Positions 9,963 to 19,324 of a DNA stretch of 64,000 nucleotides are shown in pieces. The translations under genes and the position numbers were made by a program. Source of the stretch: an uncultured Clostridium sp. (lineage in GTDB: Bacteria > Bacillota > Clostridia > Oscillospirales > Ruminococcaceae); assembly GCA_902490335.1 (NCBI GenBank), contig CABUDL010000007.1, positions 5,317 through 69,316 of the forward strand, written 5' to 3'. Numbering within the stretch: position 1 is the stretch's first letter; each line of letters begins with the position of its first letter. The notes beneath the pieces were generated by a model. That model made no database searches. It was not told the origin of the DNA and saw only the letters and a program-made list of their open reading frames with translations.

Positions 9963-11054
9963 ATGAGTTTGGAGCAGAAAAACGACTGGGAAAAGAAGAT
10001 AGACATCAAATCGCTGGAGCTGGAGGAGCTGACCGAACAGCTGGTCCAGATGGGTCTGCCAAAATTTCGCGGCGGGCAGGTCTATTCCTGGCTTCACGAA
10101 AAACGGGTGGACAGCTTTGAGCAGATGAGCAATCTGTCGGCGGCACTGCGCCAGCAGCTGGCACAGCGGTACTACATAAATTCGCTGACCATTATCAAAA
10201 AGTTGGTGTCCAAAATCGACGGCACCCAAAAGTATCTGCTGCGCCTGGCGGACAACAACTGCGTGGAAGCGGTTTTGATGAAATATAAGTACGGCAATTC
10301 GGTCTGCATCTCTACACAGGTCGGCTGCCGCATGGGATGCAAGTTCTGCGCATCCACCTTAGCGGGACTGGTGCGCTCGCTGCGTCCTTCCGAGATGCTC
10401 GATGAAATCTACACCCTGACCCGCGACAGCGGACAGCGGGTGAGCAATGTGGTGCTGATGGGCATTGGAGAGCCGCTGGATAACTACGACAATGTCATGA
10501 AATTTTTAAATATCCTCTCCTCCGAGCAGGGCTACAATCTGAGCCTGCGGCATCTGTCGCTGTCCACCTGCGGACTGGTGGACCGAATCTATGAGCTGGC
10601 TGCGCACAAAAGCGGATTGACCCTGTCCATCTCGCTGCACGCGCCAAACGATGAGATTCGCAGCCGGACCATGCCAATCAACAACCGCTATCCAATCGAC
10701 GAGCTGCTCAAAGCCTGCCGCTATTATTTCCAGCAGACCGGCAGAAGGATTTCCTTCGAGTATGCGCTGATTGAAGGGGTCAACGATGAAATCTGCCACG
10801 CCAACGAGCTGGCGGACCGTTTAAAGGGAATGGCAGCGCACGTCAATCTCATTCCGGTCAACCCGGTCAAGGAAAGAGGCTTTAAGCGCGGCAGCCGCCA
10901 GCGCATCGAAGCCTTCCAGAAGGCGCTGGAAAAACGAGGGGTCAATGCGACCATCCGGCGGGAGCTGGGAGCGGACATCAACGCGGCCTGCGGACAGCTG
11001 CGCAGAGAGTATGACCAGCAGAACGGACAGCTTGAGGAGGTGGAAGAGAAGTGA
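9963..11054 (+). CDS. rlmN: 23S rRNA m2A2503 radical-SAM methyltransferase
   Basis: CISTQVGCRMGCKFC, MGIGEPLDN, AACGQL. Confidence 0.96.
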   Translation: MSLEQKNDWEKKIDIKSLELEELTEQLVQMGLPKFRGGQVYSWLHEKRVDSFEQMSNLSAALRQQLAQRYYINSLTIIKKLVSKIDGTQKYLLRLADNNCVEAVLMKYKYGNSVCISTQVGCRMGCKFCASTLAGLVRSLRPSEMLDEIYTLTRDSGQRVSNVVLMGIGEPLDNYDNVMKFLNILSSEQGYNLSLRHLSLSTCGLVDRIYELAAHKSGLTLSISLHAPNDEIRSRTMPINNRYPIDELLKACRYYFQQTGRRISFEYALIEGVNDEICHANELADRLKGMAAHVNLIPVNPVKERGFKRGSRQRIEAFQKALEKRGVNATIRRELGADINAACGQLRREYDQQNGQLEEVEEK

Positions 11055-11785
11055 TTCGATTCATGGGTGCGACCGACACCGGACGGCAGCGGCATCAGAA
11101 CCAGGATGCTTATATCTGCCGCAGGGTCGGGGAACAGACGGGATATGCCATCGTTTGTGACGGCATGGGCGGTGAAAACGCGGGCGAGATTGCCAGCGTA
11201 ACAGCCTGCCAGCTGATTGAAAAATTCCTGCATCGGGACATCCGCGAAGGGATGAGCGAGTCGGCAGCCAAGGCGGTCATCTTTTCTGCCATCAGTGCAG
11301 CCAACGCCAAGGTCTATTCGATGGCAAAGGAAAACCCCAACTACCACGGAATGGGCACCACACTGGTGCTGGCGGTGGTGCTGGACGAGTGGATGCACAT
11401 CGTCAACATCGGGGACAGCCGCATCTATATGGTGGAAAAAAAGGCGGTGCAACAGCTGACCCGCGACCACACCCTGGTGCAGACGATGGTGGACCGCGGA
11501 GAAATCAGCAGCGAAGAAGCCCAAAATCATCCGAAAAAGCATTATATCACCCGCGCCATCGGCGTTGGGGATACGCTGGACATCGACTACCAGATGTATC
11601 AGCTGAAAAAGGAAAGCCAGGTGCTGCTGTGTACCGACGGGCTTTCCAACTACCTCAGACCGGAAAAGCTGCCGGACCAGCTGAAAAGCTGCATCCGCAA
11701 GGAGAGCTTGCAGGAGCTGATCGACTATGCCAACAATCAGGGCGGAGCGGACAATATCACGGCAGTTGTGCTGTATCGTTCCTGA
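11051..11785 (+). CDS. prpC: PP2C Ser/Thr phosphatase (Stp1/PrpC)
   Basis: NQDA, CDGMGG, GMGTT, GDSR, TDGL, DNIT. Confidence 0.93.
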   Translation: MIRFMGATDTGRQRHQNQDAYICRRVGEQTGYAIVCDGMGGENAGEIASVTACQLIEKFLHRDIREGMSESAAKAVIFSAISAANAKVYSMAKENPNYHGMGTTLVLAVVLDEWMHIVNIGDSRIYMVEKKAVQQLTRDHTLVQTMVDRGEISSEEAQNHPKKHYITRAIGVGDTLDIDYQMYQLKKESQVLLCTDGLSNYLRPEKLPDQLKSCIRKESLQELIDYANNQGGADNITAVVLYRS

Positions 11786-11812
11786 TGCCCGCTGTGCAGG
11801 AGGCTATTCTGA

Positions 11813-13924
11813 ATGGATAAATACATTGGAAAGAAACTGGATGGACGCTATGAGATACGCGAACTGATCGGCGTGGGCGGAATGGCAAACGTCTACAAGG
11901 CGTATGACGTGGTGGAAGCGCGCACGGTGGCGGTCAAAATCCTGCGGGAAGAATATATGAACAACGACGAATTCATGCGCCGTTTCCGCAACGAGTCCCG
12001 TGCCATCTCTTTGCTGGATCACCCGAATATCGTCAAGGTGTATGACGTCATCTTCTCCAACCGCATCCAGTCGATTGTGATGGAATACATCGACGGCATC
12101 ACCCTGAAGGACTATATCGACCAGGAAAAGGTGCTGCGCTGGAAGGAAGCAGTCCATTTTACCGTGCAGATTCTGCGGGCGCTGCAGCACGCGCACGACA
12201 AGGGTATCGTTCACCGCGACATCAAGCCGCACAATATCATGCTGCTGTCGGATGGGACCATCAAAATCACCGACTTTGGCATTGCCCGCTTTTCCCGCAG
12301 CACCACCAAGACCATCACCGACAAAGCCATCGGCTCGGTGCATTACATCAGCCCCGAGCAAGCCAGCGGCGCTTTTACCGATGCCCGCAGCGACATCTAT
12401 TCGCTGGGTGTGATGATGTTCGAGATGCTCACCGGCAAGCTGCCTTTTGAGGCGGACACGCTGGTTTCGGTGGCAATCAAGCAGATACAAAGTCAGCCGA
12501 CTCTGCCGCGCTCAATCAACCCCGACATCCCGGAAGGGCTGGAGGAAATCGTGATGCGCGCCATGCAGAAGGACGCAGACAAGAGATACCAGTCGGCAGC
12601 GGAGATGCTGCACGACATCGACGAATTTAAAAGGAACCCCGCGATTGTTTTTTCCTATAAGTACGAGCAGCCGCCGCAGGTACACATCCAAAACGAGCTG
12701 CGGCATCAGCGGGCAGAACAACAGACAGGTGGAGAACAACAGCCGATGAAGAAAGAGAAAAAACCTTCCAGACGTCCGTCGCAGCACAAGCAGCAGAGCG
12801 ATGACAGCTATGAACGCAAGCCGCTGCCGGTGGTGCCGGTGATGGCTGGTATTGCCTTTGCGTTTTTGCTGGCAGCCTGCGCTTTCATCGGGATGCTGTT
12901 CATGGTCAACAAGCCCTTTGAACAGGTGGAGAACGTCAAGGTCCCGGACCTGGTGGGCATGAACTATGAAAGCATCAAGACCAAGTACGCCGGAAAGTTC
13001 AAGATAGAGGTGGAGGAAAAAGCACCCAGCAGCCTGTACGACGAGGGTGAAATCTATGAGCAAAACCCGGACCCGGGCAAAACGGTCAAGGAAAACTCCA
13101 CCATCACCATCAAAATCAGCACCGGCAAGCAGGTCATTGTGCTGGAAGATTACACCGGAAAGGATTCCACCGAGGTCTTCCGCGACCTGAACAAGAAGGG
13201 CATTAAGTGGACCGAGACAGAAACCTATTCCAACGAATATCCATCGGGAACGGTGGTCAAGACAGCGCCGGAAGCCGGTGAAGAGGTGGCAGAGGGCGAC
13301 GAAGTCAGCGTCTATGTCAGCTTAGGCTCGCAGGAGCAGAACCAGACGGTGCCACTGGTGGTGGGAATGAACTTCCACGAGGCAAAGACCCTGCTTTCCA
13401 CCAAACGTCTGCGCATCGAGTGCGTGCGTGAGGTGCAGCCGGACACCGACGAGGACGGAAATCCTCTGCCGGGTCAGCAGGCGGCAGGAACCATTTTGGA
13501 GCAGAGCCCGTCGGAGGATGCACTGGTGCCGGCAGGTACAGTGATCGGCGTCACCGTCATGGGCGGCGACGGCTGGGAGGACCCGAACAAGCCAAGACAG
13601 ATTGAGATTAAATTCGACCTGCCGCAGGGCGACGATACGGTACACGTCCAAACCTTTGTGGATGGCAAGGAAACCGGCTACGGCGACCCGGACCTCTCCA
13701 GACAGTCGACTTGGACCACCAAGCCGAGCGGCAAGGGGGATGCAAAGGTGGAAATTTACATCGACGGTCAGCTGTACAAGAGCTATGATGTCAACTTTGA
13801 CAACGGCACCAAGGTGGAAACCACCGACCTGCAGGGTTTGGGAGAATCCCTTTCCAAAGAAGAACACGCCAATGAGGAACGGGACGACGGATACCAGCAG
13901 CCGCAGGAGGACGACGACGAATAA
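11813..13924 (+). CDS. prkC: PASTA-domain Ser/Thr kinase (PrkC/PknB)
   Basis: GVGGMANVY, HRDIKPHN, DFGIA, one TM helix, three PASTA-like repeats. Confidence 0.96.
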   Translation: MDKYIGKKLDGRYEIRELIGVGGMANVYKAYDVVEARTVAVKILREEYMNNDEFMRRFRNESRAISLLDHPNIVKVYDVIFSNRIQSIVMEYIDGITLKDYIDQEKVLRWKEAVHFTVQILRALQHAHDKGIVHRDIKPHNIMLLSDGTIKITDFGIARFSRSTTKTITDKAIGSVHYISPEQASGAFTDARSDIYSLGVMMFEMLTGKLPFEADTLVSVAIKQIQSQPTLPRSINPDIPEGLEEIVMRAMQKDADKRYQSAAEMLHDIDEFKRNPAIVFSYKYEQPPQVHIQNELRHQRAEQQTGGEQQPMKKEKKPSRRPSQHKQQSDDSYERKPLPVVPVMAGIAFAFLLAACAFIGMLFMVNKPFEQVENVKVPDLVGMNYESIKTKYAGKFKIEVEEKAPSSLYDEGEIYEQNPDPGKTVKENSTITIKISTGKQVIVLEDYTGKDSTEVFRDLNKKGIKWTETETYSNEYPSGTVVKTAPEAGEEVAEGDEVSVYVSLGSQEQNQTVPLVVGMNFHEAKTLLSTKRLRIECVREVQPDTDEDGNPLPGQQAAGTILEQSPSEDALVPAGTVIGVTVMGGDGWEDPNKPRQIEIKFDLPQGDDTVHVQTFVDGKETGYGDPDLSRQSTWTTKPSGKGDAKVEIYIDGQLYKSYDVNFDNGTKVETTDLQGLGESLSKEEHANEERDDGYQQPQEDDDE

Positions 13925-14072
13925 CCGATAATAAAACAGCCCGCGCTGTCCTTTGGGGCGGCAGGGCTGTTTTGTCTTATCGGCGCAAGGGTATTTTGCG
14001 GGAAGCTCTCGCATTTTCCCGGGAAATTTGCTATAATGGGAAAAAACGTCAGAATGGAGGAAACACAATATC

Positions 14073-14975
14073 TTGATACAGCAGAAGATAATGGGCAGGA
14101 TCGTCAAATCGCTGGGCGGATTTTATTATGTGGCGCCGCAGTCGGGCGGTCCGGTCATCGAATGCAGGGCGAGGGGAGCCTTTCGTCAGCAGAACATCAA
14201 GCCCTGTGTGGGCGATTGGGCAACGGTGGAATTGACCGAGCAGGGGACAGGCTATGTTGTACAGCTTGAGCCGCGCAGCAACAGCCTGGTGCGCCCGCCG
14301 CTGGCAAATCTGGACCAGCTGGTGCTGGTGGTTTCCATCGCTGACCCGGCTCCGAACGCCTTTGTTCTGGATAAATTGATTGCCATTGCCGAATATCAGA
14401 AGATTGAGCCGGTCATCGTCATCACCAAATGCGACCTTGCCGACCCGAAGGAGTTTGCCGATATATACCGCAAAGCAGGATTTGCGGTGTATGAGACAAG
14501 GACACTGGAGCATCAGGGTATTCAGGCGGTGATGGAGATGCTCAAGGACAAGACCAGCGCCTTCTGCGGAAACTCCGGCGCAGGCAAATCCACCCTGCTC
14601 AACGCCATCGACCCGAGATTGAGTCTGGACACCGGCGACATCAGCCAAAAGCTGGGCAGAGGCAGACACACCACCCGCCATGTGGAGCTGTTCGAGCTGC
14701 CGCAGGGAGGATTTGTAGCGGACACACCCGGATTTTCCGCGGTGGATTTGGAAAAATTCCAGACCATCCTCAAGGATGAACTGGCGGATTGCTTCCGGGA
14801 GATGCACGACTACGAGGGCAAATGCCGGTTCCGCGGCTGCTCCCACACCAAGGAAGCGGGCTGCGCTGTTTTGCAGGCGGTTAAGGACGGGGAAATCTCG
14901 CAAAGCCGCCATCAAAGCTACCTCAACCTGTATGAGCAGGCAAAAAATATCAAGGAATGGGAGCTGAACCGTTAA
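14073..14975 (+). CDS. rsgA: Ribosome small subunit-dependent GTPase A
   Basis: TKCDL, GNSGAGKST, GRHTT, DTPGFS, CRFRGCSH...C. Confidence 0.96.
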   Translation: MIQQKIMGRIVKSLGGFYYVAPQSGGPVIECRARGAFRQQNIKPCVGDWATVELTEQGTGYVVQLEPRSNSLVRPPLANLDQLVLVVSIADPAPNAFVLDKLIAIAEYQKIEPVIVITKCDLADPKEFADIYRKAGFAVYETRTLEHQGIQAVMEMLKDKTSAFCGNSGAGKSTLLNAIDPRLSLDTGDISQKLGRGRHTTRHVELFELPQGGFVADTPGFSAVDLEKFQTILKDELADCFREMHDYEGKCRFRGCSHTKEAGCAVLQAVKDGEISQSRHQSYLNLYEQAKNIKEWELNR

Positions 14976-15004
14976 GGCGGCAGTTCGGGGAAAGGGACAG
15001 ACAG

Positions 15005-15640
15005 ATGAAGCGATGTGTAATCTTTGGCGGAGGGCAGATCGGTGACCCCGAGCAGATCAAAAAGCTGGTGCAGCAGGAGGACTACCTCATCTGTGCGGAC
15101 AGCGGGTACCGGCATTGTGTGCAGCTGGGATTTTCTCCGCAGCTGGTGCTGGGCGACTTTGATTCCTATGCAGGAGTGGTGCAATCCGACTGCGAGCTGC
15201 TGCGCTACCCCATCGAAAAGGATGACACCGACACCATGCTGGCGGTCAAGCAGGCTTTGCAGCGCGGATACGACCGGCTGGTGCTGGTCGGGATGCTGGG
15301 CGGCAGGCTGGACCACACCCTTGCCAATATCCAGACGCTGGTGTACGCAGTGGAGCATGGAGCGACAGCGCAAATCATAGACAGCAGCTGCTGCATCACT
15401 GTCATCAAGTCAGGACAGACGGTGCAGCTCCCCTATCAGCAGGGCTTTCACTTTTCGGTATTCTGCCACAGCGACTGTGCAAGCGGGGTGTGCATCCGCC
15501 ATGCAAAGTATGAGCTGGAGGATGCGCAGATCACCAACGGGTTTCCCATCGGGGTCAGCAATTCCTTTTTGGAGGGACAGCCCGCACAGATTTCGGTCAA
15601 GCGGGGAATCCTTGTGATTCTCTCCACCGGCGGCGATTAA
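15005..15640 (+). CDS. thiN: Thiamine diphosphokinase
   Basis: CADSG, GDFDS, EKDDTD, GGRLDH, GVSN. Confidence 0.93.
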   Translation: MKRCVIFGGGQIGDPEQIKKLVQQEDYLICADSGYRHCVQLGFSPQLVLGDFDSYAGVVQSDCELLRYPIEKDDTDTMLAVKQALQRGYDRLVLVGMLGGRLDHTLANIQTLVYAVEHGATAQIIDSSCCITVIKSGQTVQLPYQQGFHFSVFCHSDCASGVCIRHAKYELEDAQITNGFPIGVSNSFLEGQPAQISVKRGILVILSTGGD

Positions 15641-15656
15641 AAAAGCTGCCTTTTTT

Positions 15657-15684
15657 CACAAAACAAGCGCGCTGTACATAGAAT
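15657..15684 (+). promoter_or_regulatory. Mother-cell (sigma-E/K-like) promoter
   Basis: CACA-N16-CATAGAAT upstream of spoVM. Confidence 0.5.
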
Positions 15685-15730
15685 ACAGCAAAAGCAAAAC
15701 GCTTGACTGATGAAAAAGGAGGCAGCACAG

Positions 15731-15814
15731 ATGAAGGTAGTGGTCATCAAAAGCCCAAAGTTTCTCTCCGGCATTTTGAGGATGATTTTTAAAATCAATA
15801 AGGACGAAGAATAA
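15731..15814 (+). CDS. spoVM: Stage V sporulation protein M (27 aa, not in ORF track)
   Basis: MKVVVIKSPKFLSGILRMIFKINKDEE; AAGGAGG RBS; follows thiN as in Bacillus. Confidence 0.88.
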   Translation: MKVVVIKSPKFLSGILRMIFKINKDEE

Positions 15815-15875
15815 CCGGCAGCGGCGGACAGAACGCCTGTCCGCCGCTCATTGGATAACAGAAAGGACGAAGGAT

Positions 15876-16826
15876 ATGAACTGGACACAGGTCAAGATTT
15901 ATACAACCACCGAGGGAATCGAGCCGTTGACCGGCAGCTTGCTGGATTTGGGAATCGGCGGATTTGTCATCGAGGATGCACAGGATTTTGATGAATTTCT
16001 GCACGACACCACCCCGCACTGGGATTACATCGACCAGGATGTTATGAAGAAGATGAAAAACTGCGAGACCAGCGTGACCCTCTATGTGGCGGACAACCCA
16101 CAGGGAATGGAGGAGCTGGCAGGAGCAAGAGAAATCGTTGCCCGACTCAAGGCACAGGACAGCGAAGGACGCTACGGTCGTCTGGAGCTGGAGCTGGACA
16201 ATGTCAACGAGGAAGACTGGTCCAACGCATGGAAAAAGTATTACCATCCGGTGCGGGTGGGTGAGCATCTGGTGGTCTGCCCTTCCTGGGAGGAGTATCA
16301 GCCGCAGGAGGGCGACGTCATGCTGACCCTCAATCCGGGCATGGCGTTTGGCACCGGAACCCACGATACCACCCGACTGTGCATGGAGCTGCTGGAAAAG
16401 TACATCACACCGGAAGATTCGGTGCTGGACGTCGGCTGCGGAAGCGGCATCCTTGCCATTACAGCGGCGCTGCTGGGCGCAAAGGAGATCAAAGGCTGTG
16501 ACATCGACGAGGTTGCAGTCAAGGTAGCGGGCGAAAATGCCGCGCTCAACGAGGTTGCCGACCGCATCGCCTTCCACAAGGGCGATTTGACCAGCCAGGT
16601 GGAGGGCAGCTTCCAGCTGATCTGTGCCAACATCGTGGCGGATGTCATCATCCGTCTGAGCCAGGATGTCGGCAAATATCTTGCACAGGACGGCATCTTT
16701 ATCACCTCCGGCATCATCGACACCAGAGAGCAGGACGTGCAGGATGCCCTTGCCGCCAACGGCTTTACCGTCATTGAACGCCGCACCTCCGGCGGCTGGG
16801 TCGCTCTGGCTTGCAAAGCAAAGTAA
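15876..16826 (+). CDS. prmA: Ribosomal protein L11 methyltransferase
   Basis: EEDWSNAWKKYY, PGMAFGTGTH, DVGCGSGIL, ANIVA. Confidence 0.96.
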   Translation: MNWTQVKIYTTTEGIEPLTGSLLDLGIGGFVIEDAQDFDEFLHDTTPHWDYIDQDVMKKMKNCETSVTLYVADNPQGMEELAGAREIVARLKAQDSEGRYGRLELELDNVNEEDWSNAWKKYYHPVRVGEHLVVCPSWEEYQPQEGDVMLTLNPGMAFGTGTHDTTRLCMELLEKYITPEDSVLDVGCGSGILAITAALLGAKEIKGCDIDEVAVKVAGENAALNEVADRIAFHKGDLTSQVEGSFQLICANIVADVIIRLSQDVGKYLAQDGIFITSGIIDTREQDVQDALAANGFTVIERRTSGGWVALACKAK

Positions 16827-16838
16827 CAGGAGAAGGAT

Positions 16839-17564
16839 ATGCCCAGATTTTTTACCGAAAATATTGACCAGAACAGCGGCAGCATCACGGGAGAGGATGC
16901 CAAACACATCGCCCGCGTGCTTCGGATGAAAAACGGTCAGCCGCTGACCGTTTGCGACACAAAGGGATATGACTATGCGTGTATAATAGAAGGGCTCACC
17001 GATGAGCAAATCGATTTGAAGGTGCTGTCCCGTTCGCCCAGCGTCACCGAGCCGAATGTCTCGGTCCACCTGTATCAGGCGATGCCCAAAGCGGACAAGC
17101 TGGAGCTGATTATCCAGAAGGCGGTGGAGCTGGGTGTGAACAGCATCACACCGGTGATGACCCGCCGCTGTGTTTCCCGACCGGATGCAAAATCCATGAA
17201 GAAGAAGCTCGAGCGCTACAACCGCATCGCGCTCGAGGCTGCAAAGCAGAGCGGCAGAGGGATCATCCCGCAGGTAAACCCGCTGCTTGAGCTGGACCAG
17301 GCGCTCGGACAGATGCAGCAGAGCGGATGTCCCATCCTGTTTTATGAAAACGCCACCGCTCCGGCAAGACAGCTGCTGCAATCGGCAACAGGAGAAATTT
17401 CCATCCTCATCGGAGCGGAGGGAGGCTTTGATGAGGACGAGGTCGAGCGGGCAAAGGATGCCGGATGCAGCATCCTCTCGCTGGGAAAACGCATCCTGCG
17501 CTGTGAAACGGCGCCGCTGGCAGCTTTGTCCATCATCATGTATGAAACAGGAAATATGGAATAG
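16839..17564 (+). CDS. rsmE: 16S rRNA m3U1498 methyltransferase
   Basis: HIARVLR, QKAVELGV, IGAEGGF, LGKRILRCETA. Confidence 0.96.
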   Translation: MPRFFTENIDQNSGSITGEDAKHIARVLRMKNGQPLTVCDTKGYDYACIIEGLTDEQIDLKVLSRSPSVTEPNVSVHLYQAMPKADKLELIIQKAVELGVNSITPVMTRRCVSRPDAKSMKKKLERYNRIALEAAKQSGRGIIPQVNPLLELDQALGQMQQSGCPILFYENATAPARQLLQSATGEISILIGAEGGFDEDEVERAKDAGCSILSLGKRILRCETAPLAALSIIMYETGNME

Positions 17565-17588
17565 AACCCGAAACGGGAGGGACCATAG

Positions 17589-18440
17589 ATGAATGTGAAA
17601 ACGATTGTGACCATTGCCTTGATTGGATTGCTGGGAGTTGGAACCGCCGCAGGGATTTTCCTGTCCGACCGCAGCCAACAGCAGGAGCAGCAGACCTTCG
17701 AATCGCAGCAGCCTTCCAAAGAGGAAGCTCCTGTGGAAAGCTCCTCTCAAAAGGAGGAAGAGCAGGAGCAGTCCTCACAGCAAACCAAACAGCAGCAGCT
17801 GGCGGAGGAATTTGCCAAGGAGAAGGAAGAATATTACCTGCTGCTTGCCAATGCCGAAAATCCGCTGCCGCAGGATTGGAGTATCCAGACCGAAGAGGTC
17901 CAGAACGGCTATGAGATGGATAAGCGGGCAGCGCCTGCCATGCGGGAGATGATACAGGCTGCTAAAGAGGACGGAGTGGAGCTGATGCTCTGCTCGGCGT
18001 ACCGCTCGGTTGAAAAACAGCAGCAGCTGTTCGACCGCTCGCAGCAGACTTATATGGCACAGGGGATGAGCGAGGAGGAGGCATACGCCAAGACTGCCAC
18101 CGAAACAGCCATCCCGGGCACCAGCGAGCATCAGACGGGCTTGGCAGCAGACATCGTCACCCCGACCTACCAGATGCTCGATGCAGGCTTTGCAGATACA
18201 CCAGCCGGTAAATGGCTTGCTGACAACGCGGTAGAGTACGGCTTTGTCCTGCGCTACCCGCAGGACAAGCAGGAGGTCACCGGCATCATCTACGAGTCGT
18301 GGCATTACCGCTTTGTCGGCAAGACCCACGCCAAGCTGATGAAGGAAAGCGGGCTGTGTTTGGAGGAATATTTGCAGCAGGAGCTGCCGGAAGGCTACAC
18401 CGGAGCAAGCGAGCCGTATGAGTCGCCGGAGCAGTCCTAA
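17589..18440 (+). CDS. M15B family D,D/L,D-carboxypeptidase (VanY/LdcB-like), membrane-anchored
   Basis: N-terminal TM, SAYRS, SEHQTGLAAD, ESWHYRFVG. Confidence 0.9.
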   Translation: MNVKTIVTIALIGLLGVGTAAGIFLSDRSQQQEQQTFESQQPSKEEAPVESSSQKEEEQEQSSQQTKQQQLAEEFAKEKEEYYLLLANAENPLPQDWSIQTEEVQNGYEMDKRAAPAMREMIQAAKEDGVELMLCSAYRSVEKQQQLFDRSQQTYMAQGMSEEEAYAKTATETAIPGTSEHQTGLAADIVTPTYQMLDAGFADTPAGKWLADNAVEYGFVLRYPQDKQEVTGIIYESWHYRFVGKTHAKLMKESGLCLEEYLQQELPEGYTGASEPYESPEQS

Positions 18441-18466
18441 TGCAGCAAGGATGAAAGAGGGACGGA

Positions 18467-19126
18467 ATGAAAAAATGGTTTGAAAAAATCTGCATCGGAC
18501 TGATCTTTTTTCTTTCCGCCCTTTTGCTGATGTTTTTTGGCATACGCACAGCGGGCAAGACCATCGCCTTTGCACGGGCGGAGCGCATCGAGGTCATCAA
18601 CAATCTGGTGGACGGCATCAGCGAAGGTGCGAGCCTGACTTCTCAGGGAAAAAAGATGCAGACGGTGGTGTACGAGTACCTCAAGGCATTTTTGCGGGCA
18701 GTGGCAGGCTTTGAATTTGTTCCGCGCAACGATTTTAGCATCTTGACCCACATCATCAACTCGCTGCCGCAGCCGACACAGGTGCTTTCCTTTGTGTACC
18801 ACGGGAGGGATTTGACCATCAGCACCGTTCAGCCTTCGTCCGAGCAGGTGGAGCAGATGGTGCAGTCGTTGGAAAAAAAGCTGAAGATGCCCCAGGAGTA
18901 TGAAAAGGTGGTGTACAGCTACTACATCGACTCCGACCAACAGTGCGTGGCACAAATCACTCTGATTGCCCGCAAGTATGATGAAACCAATTTTTTGGAG
19001 GAGCTGCAAAAGGAGCTTCTCCCCGAACCGTCCGCACAGGACGGAGAAGAGAATCAGAAAGAAGAGGAAACGGATGGAACAGAAGAAAATCGACCGAATC
19101 AGCCAGCTGAGCAGACTGTCCCGTGA
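18467..19126 (+). CDS. Hypothetical membrane-anchored protein, PilN-like domain
   Basis: N-terminal TM; IINSLPQPTQVLSFVYHGRDLTIST...VEQMVQSLE pattern. Confidence 0.6.
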   Translation: MKKWFEKICIGLIFFLSALLLMFFGIRTAGKTIAFARAERIEVINNLVDGISEGASLTSQGKKMQTVVYEYLKAFLRAVAGFEFVPRNDFSILTHIINSLPQPTQVLSFVYHGRDLTISTVQPSSEQVEQMVQSLEKKLKMPQEYEKVVYSYYIDSDQQCVAQITLIARKYDETNFLEELQKELLPEPSAQDGEENQKEEETDGTEENRPNQPAEQTVP

Positions 19127-19274
19127 GCGTGAGCTGACGGAGGAGGAAAAACAGGAGCAGCAGCAGCTGCGCCGGGAATACATCGACAGCATGAAAAATA
19201 ATCTGCATGCCACCCTGCAGAATGTGGTGATTCAGCATCCCGACGGCAGCAGGACCAAGCTGAAAAAGAACTAA
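19074..19274 (+). CDS. DUF896 (YnzC-like) protein
   Basis: MEQKKIDRISQLSR...LTEEEKQEQQQLRREYI. Confidence 0.88.
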   Translation: MEQKKIDRISQLSRLSRERELTEEEKQEQQQLRREYIDSMKNNLHATLQNVVIQHPDGSRTKLKKN

Positions 19275-19324
19275 CCGACCGGCAGGTGGTTGTACCGGCA
19301 GGTAGAAAGGAAGGAGCGGTCTCC

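Noticed and set aside
14975..15005. Absence of rpe here, and of coaBC after rpoZ
   Set aside because: Ordinary gene-order variation in Clostridia
15795..17750. 651-aa minus-strand ORF
   Set aside because: Antisense shadow of prmA/rsmE; no recognisable motifs
17589..18440. Vancomycin-resistance vanY
   Set aside because: No vanHAX/vanRS nearby; housekeeping context
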